Below, piece by piece: positions 14,281 through 14,304 of a stretch of DNA of 14,304 nucleotides. Within the stretch, counting starts at the first letter, position 1. Every line of letters begins with the position of its first letter. The position numbers were made by a program, and so were the translations under genes. This DNA comes from Candidatus Cryosericum sp. (lineage in GTDB: Bacteria > Caldisericota > Caldisericia > Cryosericales > Cryosericaceae): assembly GCA_049699855.1 (NCBI GenBank), contig JBNAWM010000031.1:1-14304 (forward strand), given 5' to 3'. The notes under the pieces were generated by a model that saw only the letters and a list, made by a program, of their open reading frames with translations, was not told the origin of the DNA and did not search any database.

Positions 14281-14304
14281 TTGATTTACGCTTAAACTCG
14301 CGTA

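Noticed and set aside
1..14304. CRISPR array, IS element, prophage or tRNA-anchored island
   Set aside because: No periodic repeats, integrase or transposase, or duplicated tRNA 3' ends seen; both tRNAs are followed directly by housekeeping-type genes.
14281..14304. Possible leader or promoter for a downstream infC-rpmI-rplT operon
   Set aside because: Only 24 nt are visible, too little to support a call.

Overview
A gene-dense, GC-rich bacterial core-genome window with no mobile element, CRISPR array or prophage visible. Left to right: the 3' end of a CorC/HlyC (hemolysin-family) gene and tpiA (+); a minus-strand block read right to left as Asp23/YloU, DAK2/FakA, purine nucleoside phosphorylase, pdp, a DHH-CBS-fused tRNA nucleotidyltransferase, tRNA-Ile2(CAU), a C4 zinc-ribbon coiled-coil protein and the RNase P RNA (rnpB); divergently rpmB, mtnA and an Ogg-like glycosylase (+); convergent nth (-); then tRNA-Val(GAC) and thrS (+). 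I cannot support a wholly new system. The most notable details are a compact (~316 nt) RNase P RNA that lacks P18 and whose P1 5' strand overlaps the last codons and stop of the upstream gene, a tRNA-Val with C at the near-universal U55, a PNP with Asp at the purine-specificity Asn near mtnA, an Ogg-like enzyme with altered lesion-recognition residues, and a 7-codon mini-ORF bridging rpmB and mtnA. All family assignments come from motif recognition by eye, not database searches.
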